A model generated the notes under the pieces. The model saw only the letters and a program-made list of their open reading frames with translations. It was not told the DNA's origin and made no database searches. A stretch of 64,000 nt of DNA from Geosiphon pyriformis uo1 (taxonomy: Eukaryota > Fungi > Glomeromycota): contig JAAOMT010000201.1 of NCBI GenBank assembly GCA_016748015.1, positions 515,520 through 579,519 on the forward strand, read 5' to 3'. How positions within the stretch are numbered: position 1 is the stretch's first letter; every line of letters starts with the position of its first letter. Both the position numbers and the translations under genes were made by a program. Shown in pieces: positions 1-14,013 of the stretch.

Positions 1-249
1 TTTTAGAATGTTATTCTCGACATAATGTAATTACCTCACCTTTTTTTGACCATTGTTTGGCCCATGAACAAATAATCTGTGCATGCCATAGACCCTGATG
101 GACAAGTATGTTACTAACAGAAAGCTTAAAAAACCCTTGATCTTGAATGAAGTGAAGAAATTGAATCATTATTCAAAGCTGCACATTGGAGTTTTTCTTA
201 GTAAGATATTGAGAGATGCTAAAGTAAACAAATTATCTTTTTCATCGCT

Positions 250-3200
250 TGATTCAATTTTTAATTACTCAGCCAAGCTCGAATTGTTTACCAAAAATGT
301 CTGAGATTTTAGAAAATAGAAATTTATTATTATTAAGAGTAAATAAAACCTTTTTTTTTGATTTACTCTAATTTAATAAAAGGTAGAATTATCTTCTTTT
401 AAATTGTAGCTTTTCGACCTAAAACAAAAATTGCAGCTTGCTAGAAAATGAGCACCAATAAATATTATTTTAAATAAAAATTTGAAATTTTGCAATATCG
501 AAAATAAAACATTGCATTGAAGAGAAAAAAATATTTTCTAAAGATTTTATGCATTTGTCAAAGTGAAAAGAAATTTGTATAAATAAATAGCAAACAAGCT
601 ATTTGTCAGATTTAAATTAACTTTCAAAATTTTTTTCAATCAATGAAAGTATAAGAATAAAAGTTTAATATTATAAAAGATATATTATAATATCGTTATA
701 TATATAAATTTTCTATGATGAATTTAAGAATCTGGTTCCAAAGTGCCATAAAAAATTGTTATATCATGCAACAGAATAATAGAGTCGTTTTCTTTCTATA
801 AAATTTGTGGCTAAAATTGATACTGAAAATCACCTTTTCGGATCACGGATAAAAGGAATGAATTCTAAATAATATTATTAGCAAATTTTTATTAGGAATT
901 TTATCAATAAATAGAAGAAAAGTGTAGTAATCTCTAGAATCACGTCCATCATGAGCTAATCCTCCTCTCATAGTACATTAATGAAAGTACCTATAATATT
1001 TAAATTCTTTGATAATTTCCTTACAAACAAAAGGTTTGAAAATTAAAAGCTTGATTTGATACATGAATAAGATGTAAAACTAAAAAGCTTCAATTTTTTT
1101 ATCATTTAAATAATTTCTTTCAGACCATATTTTATTTGAATAAGTATCAATTTTGCCTCATGGAAAGATTTTTTCTTGTCATTTTGTTTATTATTCGTCA
1201 GTTTTTTAGTTTGATATAAGGTTTCTAATTTTTGTTGATTCGACAAAATATATTATTATAACCAAAAAATTGTGGAACAAGCTTTTAAAATTTTTCTTTC
1301 GAATAAAATTTTTTTTTTCATTATTGCATTGAGAACATATCGAATTTTTGTTTATTTAGAAAAAATAAAATATTCTTTTAAGAAGGACTCCACAATTTTA
1401 TCTGAAGTTTTATTTGAATTTTTGAAGAACAAGAGGAAAATTTTTTTACAAAATTGCTTATGCGAACCTTGAAATTCAATTAAATTTTTTTAGAGCTTAT
1501 CTAATTCCGAAAATTTTTTTACCAGGTTGTCGCATTATTTTTATAGTTTAATTAAGTGAATGAAATTGTGCGAGCGACGATTCAATTCCTATAATTTGGC
1601 AAGACATAAAAACTTGATTTTTTCACACACATATCGGCTAGAAAATCCTAAAGAATCAACAAAAATTCGCATATTTTTTAGTAGATCAATCAATTTAGAA
1701 CAAATATTATTGTGAAATGTCAATATAAATGGCAGGAACTATAAGAACGATATGAATGAAGTTTTTATAACGTTTGAGTTGGTTATTTTCTTGAAAACTA
1801 ATCTTGGAATCTCATATCTCATCTTCAAAAATGACATGATATAATTTATATTTGAGACCTAAAAATTCCCCTCTTATTTTAATTGAAGTTGTTGTATCTT
1901 AATTAAATATAAAATTCTTTCTCGCTTTCATCATGATCAAAATGAAACCCAATTTTTTTAAATATTTTTTTTTCATTTTTGTTATTTCCGGTTCAAGAAC
2001 TTTGCATGTTCAAACAAAGCCTATTTATGAAAATTCGGCTAATAGCCTTGAACAGAATACCATTCCAGTTAATTATTCTCTTGAGCCAGATACTGAATTT
2101 CCAAAAGAATTGGACACTAATAACGGTTGGATCCTAAACGAATGAACTAACTCGTTCATATTTCATTAATTTGACCATTTTCATATGAAGATTAAAAATT
2201 TTGTACACTTTTAGAACCATTAAATTTTTACGATAATCAACTTGGGTTCAATGCTGCAATTCCTGATGATGTTGCATTCACACCATCACTATCACTTTTC
2301 AACCAACTCGATCAAGAATTCAGTAACACTTTGCAACCGCAGACTGTATCCGACAATTTGTTAATGCCTTCTATCATGGCTTCCCTCGTTGATGAAGGAA
2401 GGGAAAGTCAAGTTTCAAAACAGCCTAAAGATAGCTCTACATTTACCGTGGAAAATGGAAGCAATGAATTGAACCAAGTCTCTTTTTCGCAAGATAGTTT
2501 ACCAAATATAGCAGGTAAGGTTCTAAGTTATCTGATGAATTTAATTAGAGAATGCAATTTTTAAATACAGTCATCAATTTTGCCTCAACTTGAAATTTCC
2601 TCAATTCAGAAAGCTCTTTTACAAAAAATGAAATGGGACCTGTGGCATTGAATTTCGGGGAACTCAAGAAGAATTTAGGTGAATTGTACCACAATTTTAG
2701 AAAAGATCGAGATCTATTGAAAAATGATCTATATTTAGGAAATTATGCACTCATGGCGAATGCTGCATACTGCAATTCGGGACGTATTCCAATAGAATAT
2801 CGTAGTAAGATTTTATCAAAATCTCATTTGTTTTATTTAAAGGTATTAATCAGATATTTTAAGCTAATTTAATTGATCCATTTCTCAAACCAGTCAATCA
2901 AAACTTCAATTATATAGAGATCGCAGTTATATTTGTCAGTAACCAGAAGTCATACAATAATTTAGTGAAGAACTATGTGGAATTCACTCATATGTCGTAC
3001 CCCAAACCTCCAAATGAGGTGAAATATTTCCAATCATTGGAAGAAAATGTATTGGTCCATGCAGAATTTTATCGGGATTGGTTAACGGTGCAAGAAGGCT
3101 TTCTTAAGAAGATTAGAGAAATGACAGTTGGGAATCCGCTTGCTGTTATTCGATTTATCGGGCATGGTGTCGGTGGAGGTTTGTTCTCAACTTTAAAGTC

Positions 3201-4290
3201 AGTAAGAAATTTAAACTTTTATCATTAAAAATGAAATTATTATCTCCTAGTCTACGCAATTTTTGCATCTTTATCATATCTTGCAAGATATCCTAAAAAG
3301 TACATTGTGGTATATACTTATGGCCAACCACGAATGGGAAACGAAAATTTTCGTGCTATTATCCATAAAATCATTTACTTGAAAAAAGGGGCATATCAAA
3401 TATTTCGTGTTACTCGATCTGATGATCCTGTTGTCCATTGGCCGACTAATTACGAGTCGGATCCCGGTGCGCCAAAACCAAGTAAAGACGTTGCGGTAAA
3501 ACCGTATACGTTTGTTCATCATCAAGCCGAATATTTTTTCGAAGAGGAAACTAACAATGTGTATTTTTGCAAAATACCATGGTTTAAAAGTGAAAATAAA
3601 GTATGTATATTTATCACTTTTGCACGTGGTTTAGGTGATATCATAAATATAAATTTCTTGAAATGGTTTTTTTCTTTTACTTTAGTCTTGTGCCAACGGG
3701 AAAAAACTGGACCCCAAAGTTGATAAACATAATGGGCCTTACTTCAATGTTACGATGGGCCAATGTGTACCTTATAAAAGTCCTTACGGCATGAAGTCAA
3801 CTAAATATTTTTCATGAATTTATTTATTCAGGTGGAGATTTTCTAATATTAGCACCAATGGAAAATTTTCTAAATCTTTTCAGCTTACAAATCACCATCA
3901 ATTTCCATGGAGAAAAAGCATGCCTAAATAAAATCAATATTTAAATATTGCACTACTAAAATATTTTTCTAACTTTACTCTAGTTTTTAAGCAATTAATT
4001 TTTTTCCAGTTTTAATCAAATATTTCGTGATTTTAATAATAATGGTCATATACGCATAAAAAATGATATTCATCACAAAATTTTGCAATTTATCTTTTGA
4101 CCTGAAAATATATGATAAATACGAATAGAAAATTTATAAATAAAGTAATATCATGTATGTCTTGAATGAATTTATAAGTTCTATAGTTTGAAGCAATTTT
4201 ATGTTGAGAAGCTGAAGATAGTCTTTAGAGATGGAAAATGAGTCTTGCCAGTCATTCTAGTTATTTAAACTAAGAACCGTGAGATATTAG
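250..4290. repeat. Left arm of ~4 kb inverted segmental duplication (partner ~14014-17665)
   Basis: Reverse-complement matches at both ends (ttaattactc...gaattgtttaccaaa at ~260-295 vs ~17625-17655; aaccgtgagatatt at ~4275-4288 vs ~14014-14027) and across the promoter, exons and introns of the lipase gene. Confidence 0.9.
1933..3817 (+). CDS. Secreted class-3 lipase-like protein (~484 aa, 6 exons); catalytic Ser replaced by Gly
   Basis: Exons 1933-2125, 2215-2514, 2610-2804, 2894-3178, 3251-3600 and 3686-3817 join through GT-AG introns into one open frame (1455 nt). Hydrophobic N-terminus FFKYFFFIFVIS. Lipase_3 motifs: MANAAYC, VHAEF, FIGHGVGGVYA, YTYGQPRMGNENF, RVTRSDDPVVHWP, HHQAEYF, HNGPYFNVTMGQC. 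Confidence 0.88.
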
Positions 4291-4516
4291 GATTTCAAAA
4301 TATTTTGTTCGAACTCGATTCCGATTTTCCCATGTCACTCTATTTATATGTGGAAGATTTGAGATTACTCTAGGCTCTCAAAATCACTATATGAAAGAAT
4401 CCCTTTTAAAGATATAAGAGTTATCTTTAAGCAACATTGTGAAAATAATATTTCATTTTGCTAGCTCAGTATTATAAAAAACATGAGAACCATTTTGAAA
4501 AATTTATAATATAAAT

Positions 4517-4680
4517 AAAATCTTTGACATATCATTTTATGAAAAGTCTATGTCCTATAGCAGAGGTTATAATAATGGTCAATTCTTAATTTGAATAAGT
4601 GTCATTTGGTTTCATAGATACATTTCCTTTATCAAATGTATATTTGGCTATTATTTGAAATATGATTACAAAAATTTAAT
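4517..4680 (+). repeat. ~160 bp dispersed direct repeat (partner ~25415-25570)
   Basis: aaatctttgacat...cagaggttataataat...aattctta..ttgaa...tttatcaaatg...tttggc.attatttga.atatg aligns colinearly with 25415-25570. Confidence 0.75.
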
Positions 4681-5614
4681 GATATTTTAAATCAGTCAAA
4701 TATAAATACTATAAGTTAAGGTCACAAATACATTTTTTTGCCTATACAATCTGAAAAAATATTAAAAATATATAACAGTTCGGTGTATTTGACCAAAATT
4801 CAATAAAAAATTTAAAAATACTATAACTTAAAAGAATGTTTAAAGAAACTTAAAAAAAATTTTGCTTTTAGCATTTTTTGTCTATTAAACAGTCAACTAT
4901 AATATTCTAATTATAAATTTTTTTACTTATTTTATGGATAAATAACAACATTATTTATTGAAGCCATTTTTTGAAGAAATAATAAATGCTAACTATAAAA
5001 ACATTTTGTAACAAAAACTTGATATGATTTTATATTTTTTACAAAAAGTATAAATAATTGTTTACAAAAAGATAAAACAGTTTTAAGAAAGACTCAAAAA
5101 CAAAAAAACTTATAAAACACTTTGCTAAGTATTAGTAACTTAGTTTTTAATATCAATTTAATTAAAGAAATGTTTTTGGTCATAAATTTTCAAGTCAAAA
5201 GAAAAAACTATTTATTATTAACAAACTATTAAACAAAAAATTTATATCTTGTAAAATTAATATAAAAAAATATTTTATAATTAACTTTTTTATAGATACA
5301 AATTAAGAAAATACTACAAAAAACTTGAATTGTTATCAGTTGTTATAATACTGTAATATTAATTAACAAATTACCAAAACATATATAAGTAGTAACATTG
5401 CAATTTTAAAACAAAAATATATTTTTAATCAAATATACAAACCATTTTTTATATTTTTTACAAATATAAGACAAAAAATTATCCGAATGCTTTGCTTTTC
5501 ATTAAGAAAAATCATTATAAAATATAAATTAAAGTATATTCTTTATAAATCCAAAAAAAATTGTTATAAAGAGAGAAAAAATTGGGTGTTTTTTCTTATG
5601 ATTCAGTGAAAAGT

Positions 5615-5745
5615 GTGACTAGTCAGTGTTGTCTTGACTGGCCCAGGTGGGTGGTCACATGTAGAGAGTGCGTGAGCTGCTTCTAATACGTAATGAAAAA
5701 TTTTTTCGATTATGCATAATTAGGTAGTGGTTGGTTCATACTTAG
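5615..5745 (+). mobile_element. Degenerate LINE 3'-UTR copy (copy A)
   Basis: gtcttgactggcccaggtgggtggtcacatgtag...tagtggttggttcatactt matches the 3' end of the LINE remnant at 26311-26440 (minus strand). Confidence 0.65.
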
Positions 5746-5996
5746 TGAATGCATTAAATAATATAATAAAAACAAAAATAACAATTACAAGAAAAAATAT
5801 CTAAATATTCTACAATGTTAATTACAACATTATTAATTTTATCAAAGGGAAATGAATTATGAATTAAATTTTAATTATGGTTGGACAAAAGAGATTTGTT
5901 TTAATAAATTGTATTTTTCCTTTTTTAACAGTTTTTTAAAATCTATTTGAGTCCTTGAATGGTGCTTTGTCAGAACTTTCATTTATAAAAGATTTT

Positions 5997-6430
5997 CCTC
6001 AAATTTGTTTGCCAGTAGGACGGTTCAATGGATTGGCATCCCAATACTTTTCAATGAGTTCAGCCATTGAACCTGAAATAAGAGGTGAGCTAAGTTCGAG
6101 TTTTTTACTATTCGGAATAGCCATTATGAGATTTTTAGAATGAGGATGAAAGGCAGGCTTTCTTGTTACAATTCCCATAATAACATTTCATAACTATAAA
6201 TATCATCTAATTTTTTATTCCAAAAGAATTTTATGATATATATTTTCGCATATCTTCAAAATGGTTTACTTTGATTATAACCAAATTAACAAATCAAATA
6301 TTAAATTTGGAATTGGCATATTTCGCGATTTTACTTACATCATTTGCTTAAAGATGGCTCGCCTCTAATTTTTGAATTTTAAATATCTTGTAAATCTTAT
6401 CGAATTTCGTCCAATTCAGTTTTTGGAAGA
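5997..6430 (-). pseudogene. Protein kinase (TKL-like) relic, C-lobe
   Basis: Minus strand, with one frameshift, reads DDIYSYEMLLWE/VTRKPAF...MAELIEKYWDANPLNRPTGKQI* (subdomains IX-XI). Upstream sequence is heavily disrupted (KLNWTKF remnant). Confidence 0.8.
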
Positions 6431-6640
6431 AATTAAGGGAATTTTTTTTTTACTTTGGCTTTAAATACGAACTTTCATATTTGGAAGGAAGAAAAAAGAT
6501 TAAACCTTATATCCCTATTATTAAAAGAGATTTCTAATTTAATATCAGATCACCTGTCGATCATATGTAGTATAAAACTCAGTGCTGAAAGACTGCAGAT
6601 TGAAATATCAATATTTCAAAGCTTTTTATACATTTGACCA

Positions 6641-8150
6641 ATGGCACCCCTGCAATTCTTTCAGGCTTTATCCGATGATTTTGGAAATTTACTGGATAGC
6701 CAAAATTTTTCTGATGTTAGGATTGTTATTGGAGAAGCGCCTAATATTAGAACTTTTAATGCTCATTCACCAATTTTAGCAGCAAGATCTCCATATTTTG
6801 CTGTAGCACTCTCTAGTAATGGGATTAAAAGAGAAAATAATGCCATAATATTCGCTAAACCTAATATTTCTCCTAATATTTTTGAGATAATTCTCAGGTA
6901 AAGGTTTTCATTTCCTTTAAAGTATTTTGGCCAAAATAAATTTATATGTTTTATTTCCTGTACAGATATATTTATAATGGCGAGATTTCTCTTGATAAAC
7001 ATGGAATACCTACCATTTTAGAATTGCTTGTTACCGCTGACGAGCTTATTTTAGAAAACTTAATTGAACACCTTGAAGCCTATTTGATTGAACATCATGT
7101 AAAAGAGCTAGAAGAAAATTTCGCCATTTTGCAGAAAACTTCATTTATGCATGATTCTTTCAAAAAGTTACAAAATTTCTGCACCGAAATAGCTGCTAAC
7201 AATCCAGCTATAGTCTTCAACTCGCAAGATTTTACCTCCCTTAATGAAAATGCACTTTCCTCAATTTTAACTCGGGATGACCTAAACATAGAAGAATCTG
7301 AAATATGGGAAAAGATTGTGGAATGGGGAGTTGCTAAATTGGATAACAATATTCAGACGAAGAACGCTCTTTACTGGACAGATGAAAATTTCAACGCCTT
7401 TAAGGAATCCATTGAAAGACTTTTACCTTTAATCCGGTTCTTTAACATATCTTCAGTTAACTTCTATCACAAAGTAAAACCATTTGCGAGAATCTTACCT
7501 GGAACTTTATATGAAGATCTTTTACATCATTATCTCGTACCGGGCAGTTATCAAGAGTCTGTAGACGCTCAGCCATTACGTTGTTCTCGATCAAATATTG
7601 ATTCAAAGATTCTTCAATCGCATAATATAAAACAGCTAGATCATTGGATTCAGGGCAAAGACGAAAATACCCCTTTTGAAAATCAACTTGGAAATGATTT
7701 TCAATTGTTACTTCGAGGCAGTCGAGACGGATTCACTCCAGCCGATTTTCATCGATTATGCGATGATAAAGGAGCAACAGTTACCGTAATCAAAGTGAAA
7801 GGAACTGGTCAGCTAATTGGCGGCTATAACCCACAATCTTGGCACTCTCGGGATGAATATTTGGAGGGAAAAGGAAGTTTTATTTTTTCCCTTGGAGATG
7901 GCAAAGCTGGAAATGGTAAACTTAGCAAATTTATTGAAGGACATGGACCTTATGGTGGGCCAAGTAATGGACCCTATTTTGGATTGGGCAGTATTGAATT
8001 GTCTGGTAATGACTTTAAAGTAGTCCAGGGTGCTATTGTAGAAAAACAAAAGAATATGAGCATGTTATAATGCCTGGAATGGAAAATCACCCGAGGAAGT
8101 TTTTTTCCGAGGAGTATGAAGTTTTTCAAATTATAAAAAGAAAAATTTAG
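6641..8150 (+). CDS. BTB/POZ-BACK-TLDc domain protein; 1-nt frameshift near the C-terminus
   Basis: Exon 1 6641-6897 (FSDVRIVIG, FNAHSPILAARSPYF, FEIILR), intron 6898-6965, exon 2 from 6966 (YIYNG, LTRDDLNIEESEIWEKIVEWG, LLLRGSRDGF, FHRLCDDKGATVTVIK, IGGYNP, SFIFS). The main frame stops at 8070, but the typical TLDc end (CYC...YE...EEYEVFQII*) lies in the -1 frame, ending at 8150. Confidence 0.92.
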
Positions 8151-9059
8151 TTTTGATAACTTAATCGAATGAAGTTCCTATTTTTTATTAAATCTAACAT
8201 GAATTTTATAGTCACTAAATTCTCAGTAGATATTTTTTGAGAATGTCTTTTTTTGAAAGAAATTCAGAGAGCTTTTAAAAAGATAAAGCATTATTTACAT
8301 ATAATTATTCAAAAGCTCTTTTAGCTTTGTGATACATTTTATTGCAGATGAAAATTGTAAAATTTTGAATTTCCACAATTGTCTAGAATTAGTTAAGAAG
8401 CACTAGAAATAAAACTTATTTTAGATATAGCGTTGAAATGCATTGTTTTGCTTCGTATTAGTTGACAGCTATGTAATAAACAGAACTTTAAATTAAAGTG
8501 AAGATTAGAAATGAATTTAATCTTTATTGATAATGGCAACAAAAAATGAAACTCTAACAAAAAATTAAATTCTTATTATTAAATGTTGATGGTTATTTAT
8601 TAAATGTCTAAAATTTTAATAACTATAATTTCAATGATTTAAGTAATAAATAATTCATAAAAAATTTTTTATTTTGAATTAATGTTTAAATTTTACAAAA
8701 ATAATATTCAAAAAAAATAAATTACAAATATTAGATTTTTGTATTTTCTTCAACAATTTTTACATTAAAAGTTTTTTGTCTTATCATTTTACAATTTTTG
8801 AAAATTGGTATTTATTAATTAAAATAAAGCTGTAAAACTTTATGTCTTTTTAAGTCTTAGATTTGTTGTTTAAATTTTAAGAGCATTAATTAAGACATAG
8901 AATTATAATAAACTACTTCTTTATCTTTAGTTTTTTCTGAAATATTAGGAACTGTGATATTAAAACTGATCACATTAAAATATGTTTCTTACACATTCAA
9001 TTTACTTTATTTTTTCATGAAATTAATAAACAATTGTCTTGCTAACAATATATTTATTC

Positions 9060-9860
9060 TTAATATAGTCACAATTATTGGACTTAATCCAATATTCCAC
9101 CATGGGAGTGCAAATAATCCTCGTTTTTGGTGTAGACCATCATTCGGAAGATTCACCACAATATCATTTTTGTAAGTAACTCGAGCATATATATTTGTGG
9201 CTTCATCCAGAGCTTGAGAAAAATTTCAATTCCCTAATTCTTGACTGGCCGTAAGTAAATAGCTGTAATGAAATATGTGGTGTTCATTTAAATTGATAAA
9301 ACTCATGAGCAGCAAATGCTGTATAGACTACAAGATTAAAAAAGCAATTTTGAGCTTGGAAAGAATATTAGAAATCATCAAAATAATAAATCACCAGCAC
9401 TCATGCCATGTACAATAAAAGTTGCTGTGGGAATAGCATCGAATCTTTGTTTCTCTATTTCTTCTAGGATACTTGAAAAATGATAATGAAAATGCTAGTA
9501 TTGATCTAAAAATATTTTATCACTTTGCTTTTGCATATAATAGATATGCAGATATCTGTTCAGATGATAATAAGAGATTGTTTCAGAAGTAGAGAATTTG
9601 TTTATGAAGACCTCCAATTCTATTTGATGCTAAATAAGTGAATATAATTTAGAATTTTGTCTATGGAAAAAACTTGAACTATATTCTTTGATTTAAGTCA
9701 AAAATTAAAATGATAATTGAAATAAAAATCTTGGCAATTAATCATATTTATATATTAGCTACCTATAATGAATCTTCTAAAGAATAGGCTAATTTGGCAT
9801 ACGAGGCATATTTTTAAAAAAGTTTTTAGTATCAAATGTTATATAATTCTTCACAGAGCT
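9060..9860 (-). pseudogene. Class-3 lipase-like pseudogene
   Basis: Disrupted minus-strand peptides: KYASYAKLAYS, TFIVHGMSA followed by a gt donor, LFTYGQSRI/GN*NFSQAL, ARVTYKNDIVVNLP, EDYLHSH, EYWIKSNNCD. Confidence 0.8.
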
Positions 9861-10039
9861 TAATTTTTACTTTTATATTTTGATTTCATTCGTACCCTTC
9901 CAGGCCCGAAAAAAATCACAGAAACCTCAAATACCTCAAGAAATTTTACAATTTTATTAAAATATGTTGAGAAATCTCCTAGATTCTCTCATATTTAACA
10001 TAATAAAAATATGTTAGACCAGAGGCTGATATTTCCTGA

Positions 10040-10965
10040 GAAAGTAGACAGAGCTGTAGATAATACACTAAAGAATTTTCAAAGATATACATGGTATGCA
10101 ATGAATCTTATTGTTTGAAAGATGATATGGTAAAATCTATCAAATTTTGTCGATACGTTGTTAGAAGGTTTATTAGATTATCGAAAAAACTTTTCTATTA
10201 AAGCTGCAATAAAATTGATTGGATCTAAAATAATTTTTATAGATCGTGAAGAATCAATAGATTCGAAAGATTTTAGCCTCATCATAAAAACAAACTTTCG
10301 AATATCAATATACAAAAGAGGCAAAAGTATATAAACTATTTTTTTAGAATGATATATTTAATTCTGCAAGCCATCAAACTAACTGATATTCGAGATATTG
10401 TAGCTATTTGGGACCAGTTTGTATCCAACTATATTTCTTTAAAAATTTTATTTGACTTTTGAAATTCACACAATAATCTATGTCACCTTAAAAATCCTGG
10501 AATTAATTACTCTTCCATTAAGTCTTTGACCCCAAATTGAAATCGTGGGAAATCGGAAGTTTGCACAATATGTGAACTACCTTTACACACAAAAAAACAT
10601 ACTATCTCTTGCCATGACAAAGATTATCAAGCTTAAATTGCATTTCTTCGGAATTAATAAGTAGATTGAAAGTAGATTATATTATTTATGAGGGTCATTC
10701 TACTGGAATAAAAGTAATTTATGATAGAAAATGCATGTGAAAAATGTGAGACACTTAGATTCATTGTATTTTAGAGTACTTGAACTTAATCAAAAAGATT
10801 TTATTCAGGAAAGTGAGGTACTTTAAAATTTCGAAAAGAAAAAATTTGTTTTTATAAACTCATTTGGAAATCTTTATTTTAAAGGAATGTAATAATAAGT
10901 TTAATTTTAAAAATTTTCTCCCTCACAATAAAACTTATTAGGGTGTTATGATGAAAAGATGCATC
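10040..10965 (+). pseudogene. Class-3 lipase-like pseudogene (divergent from the 9060-9860 copy)
   Basis: Disrupted peptides: NFQRYTWYAM/SYCL (~10075-10120), IVGNRKFAQYVN (~10542-10577) and last exon ECNNKF...PHNKTY*GVMMKRC (~10885-10962), matching the family C-terminus CN...HNGPYFxVxMGxC. Confidence 0.72.
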
Positions 10966-13900
10966 AATTCGTGCCACCCATGGAAACAGTTGGTATAACA
11001 TGAATAGAAATTTGAATACATTTCATATAAATTTTATTTAAGAACTTTTTTTCACATCAAGTACTACTGGATCGCGAGAAAAAACTTTATAATTCTTTCA
11101 ATCGATTTGCTTAATTTAATATTCAATAGATCCTGTTTTTTGCTAGCACAACTCATACGAAACTTTTATTATATAAATAAAAAAATGAATGTATCAGCTT
11201 ATCTGAAAGTATTGCCCATTAAAAATCAGCTCTCATATAGGTATAATAATTATTAAAATATTATTATATTAAAAGTATTTTTTTTGGTACAAATATCAAT
11301 TTCACTTTCTTAACTATTTTATAAGCAATTACATGTTTCTTCTAAAAAAAAAGTTTACCAATGTATGCTGAAAACCAGTTACAGCAGCAAACAATGGTCA
11401 TTACATCTTACCTGTACTAGTTTGAGGTAAAACTATATTCAATTCCATTCCATTGCAGACAATATTAACCCACATTTAATAAATATTGATGTGGGAATCT
11501 AACCTTTATAAAGTAAGTTAATAATTTCTTTTATATTTAAGCGTTCTAAGCTTAGCCCTTTCGGGAACATAATTTTTGACAAAATTATAGATTGGGCTCA
11601 GATTTAAAAGCAAGATCTTTCTTTCTTCCCTTACAAAATATTCAAAACTTGATAATCCCTTAATCTTGTTTGAAAATTATGTCTCTAACTTCATCAATTG
11701 AAAACCAAACTTCACCTTTGACTTGATTGAAGGAGAATTTTTCGGAATTCTTATTCATCAAAAGTTGCTGAATTGATGAAAAAATATTTTAAACACAAAC
11801 AGAAAACACCTAAAGAATTATTCAAGTACAGGAACAATAAATTTTTAAAGTATTCGATAGACCATGTTTTGCTTGGGTTTTCTTTAGAACATGGGATTGA
11901 ACCTTCCCAAGCCGATTAAAGCATTTTTAGAATTTGAGAAAGCGAATGTAGAAGATTCTTTTGGATATTTCTTTTTAAGTCATTATTATAATAATGGAAG
12001 AAACAAAGAAAAATCTAAAAAAAACGTTTGAACTCTATTCAAAAGCAGCAAAGGCAGAAAATACATGTGTATAATATAGCCTTAAATGTAATGGGCATTG
12101 AGAAAAGTAATTAATTAGAAATATCTAAGTTTACTTAAACATTGAAAAACAATTAGCTCACTGGTTGAATTATTTCAGTTTGATGAATTCCACAGTAGAA
12201 AAAAATAAAATAACAAAGTTAATTGAAATCTATTTTTGTCAATTAATTTTTTCTCTAAAAAAATAGTGGTTTATTCGTGTAATTTCAAAATTCAGTAGCT
12301 TTTTATTGATACAATTTCTACTTGATAGCTTTTATAAAAATGGTTTTATTAAATTAAATGCTATATCGAACTATACTATCAACATGCTTTTAATTTATTT
12401 GAAGCCAAACTTCTAATGAAATTATTCATGTGTTTTTTAATTAATTAATTGGAAATAAAATGTGAGTTAAGGATTTTTTATTTGATAATAATAATAATAA
12501 TAATAATAATAAAGTGATTTAATGTGAGTTTTTGGAATTTCACGTGATATCAAGTAAATTAACCTTAGGAAACAATCACAAGCCAAATAGTTTAATTGGT
12601 AAAAATACAAATTTTGCAAAAATTTTAACTTGCGGGTTTGTTAATTAAAAAATTCAACAACGTGACTTTGAAAAATTTTATAAATTTTCATAATAAAACA
12701 ATATATTTCTTTTAGTTTGAATATAGCTTTTTATAAATCCGACTTGAAATAATATTAGTCTTCTTTTAAATCTATAAAATTACCGATAATGTTAACGGAA
12801 AAGAATTATGAAAAGAAATTAAATATAATTTATGACACTTTATATTCTGAAACATTTCTAAAATATATTAATAATCAGAAACAAAAATATATGTATCACA
12901 TTATGAAATAGAGACTTGGAGTAGTCAATAAATAAAATAAAATAAACTAAAAAAGATAGAAAAATGGTATTCCCATTCGCAATTCACTTCAATTCAATTC
13001 ATAATTTACTTTAAAAATCTCAAGTCTTTTTCAAAAAAAACCGACTGTAAAATTGAATAAACTTTACTTGAAAGACATTTATTTTACTTTTTTTAAAATT
13101 TGAATTTTTGGACTATTGTTTTTGCATTTTAAAAACTTGTACAGATACAATATCCAAAAAAAGTTCAATTGTAAATAGCAAAAACTATTTTTACTTTTAA
13201 AGAATTCTATTAAATAAATAAATATATATATATATACAGGATATAATTTATTAACATTATGCTCGTATCAGAGAGTCTTATGGTACAACCATTTTACTTG
13301 TAATAACAATATTCAAGTAGCTAATCGAATTTATTATAGTATTATTGGGTTAAAAATTTAAAATAAAATAAGTGGAAAAACTATTGAATTGTAAAATGAG
13401 AATTAATAAAAGTCATGTTTAATTTTGGCAAGTTTTCAATGAAAACAGAATACTTATGGAATTCAATATTAGGATAATGGTATTTTAAATTTTAATTTGA
13501 TACCTTTTAAGAGAAATTTCAAAAAATTGCTTATTTATTAAAAATGAATTAATATTACCTGGTTATTCAGATTAACTCAATGAAGCTAGTCAACTGAAAA
13601 TAGCCTTTTTTTTAATGTATGATTTAATAGATATTTAGTCATAGAAGATGGATGAATTCAAGTTTTCTTTATGTGCACAATTTCAATTTTATATTGATGA
13701 AACTAAATTTCAATCGTACGTTAATTATCATTATTAAAAAATTAATATACAAGAATTTGCTTGATTATTGGACAAAAATTTGTAAATACGCGAAAATTAA
13801 TGACCATATCTTAATTCTAGCTTTTACTTTTTTTAATAAGCTTCTTGTTATTGTTTATCACAATCAGTCATTAAGTAGCCAGAGTAAGATCCAGCATGAT

Positions 13901-14013
13901 TTTTAGGATCAAGTGACGATTAATTATTAGTGGAAAGCTGTTTTCAAGTAATGAGAAAGTTGAGGATAGTAAAATTTTTTAAAAAATTAAGTTTATTTCG
14001 TTTATTTTAATAA

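Noticed and set aside
8011-8030. Programmed -1 ribosomal frameshift at TTTAAAG in the TLDc gene
   Set aside because: The heptamer is in the wrong phase (XXX YYY Z), and tandem slippage would land on TAA. A 1-nt deletion or sequencing error is simpler.
11350-11870. Possible further lipase 5' relic on the minus strand (WVNIVC...LPQTST followed by a gt donor)
   Set aside because: Only vague positional similarity and no diagnostic motif, so it is not supportable.
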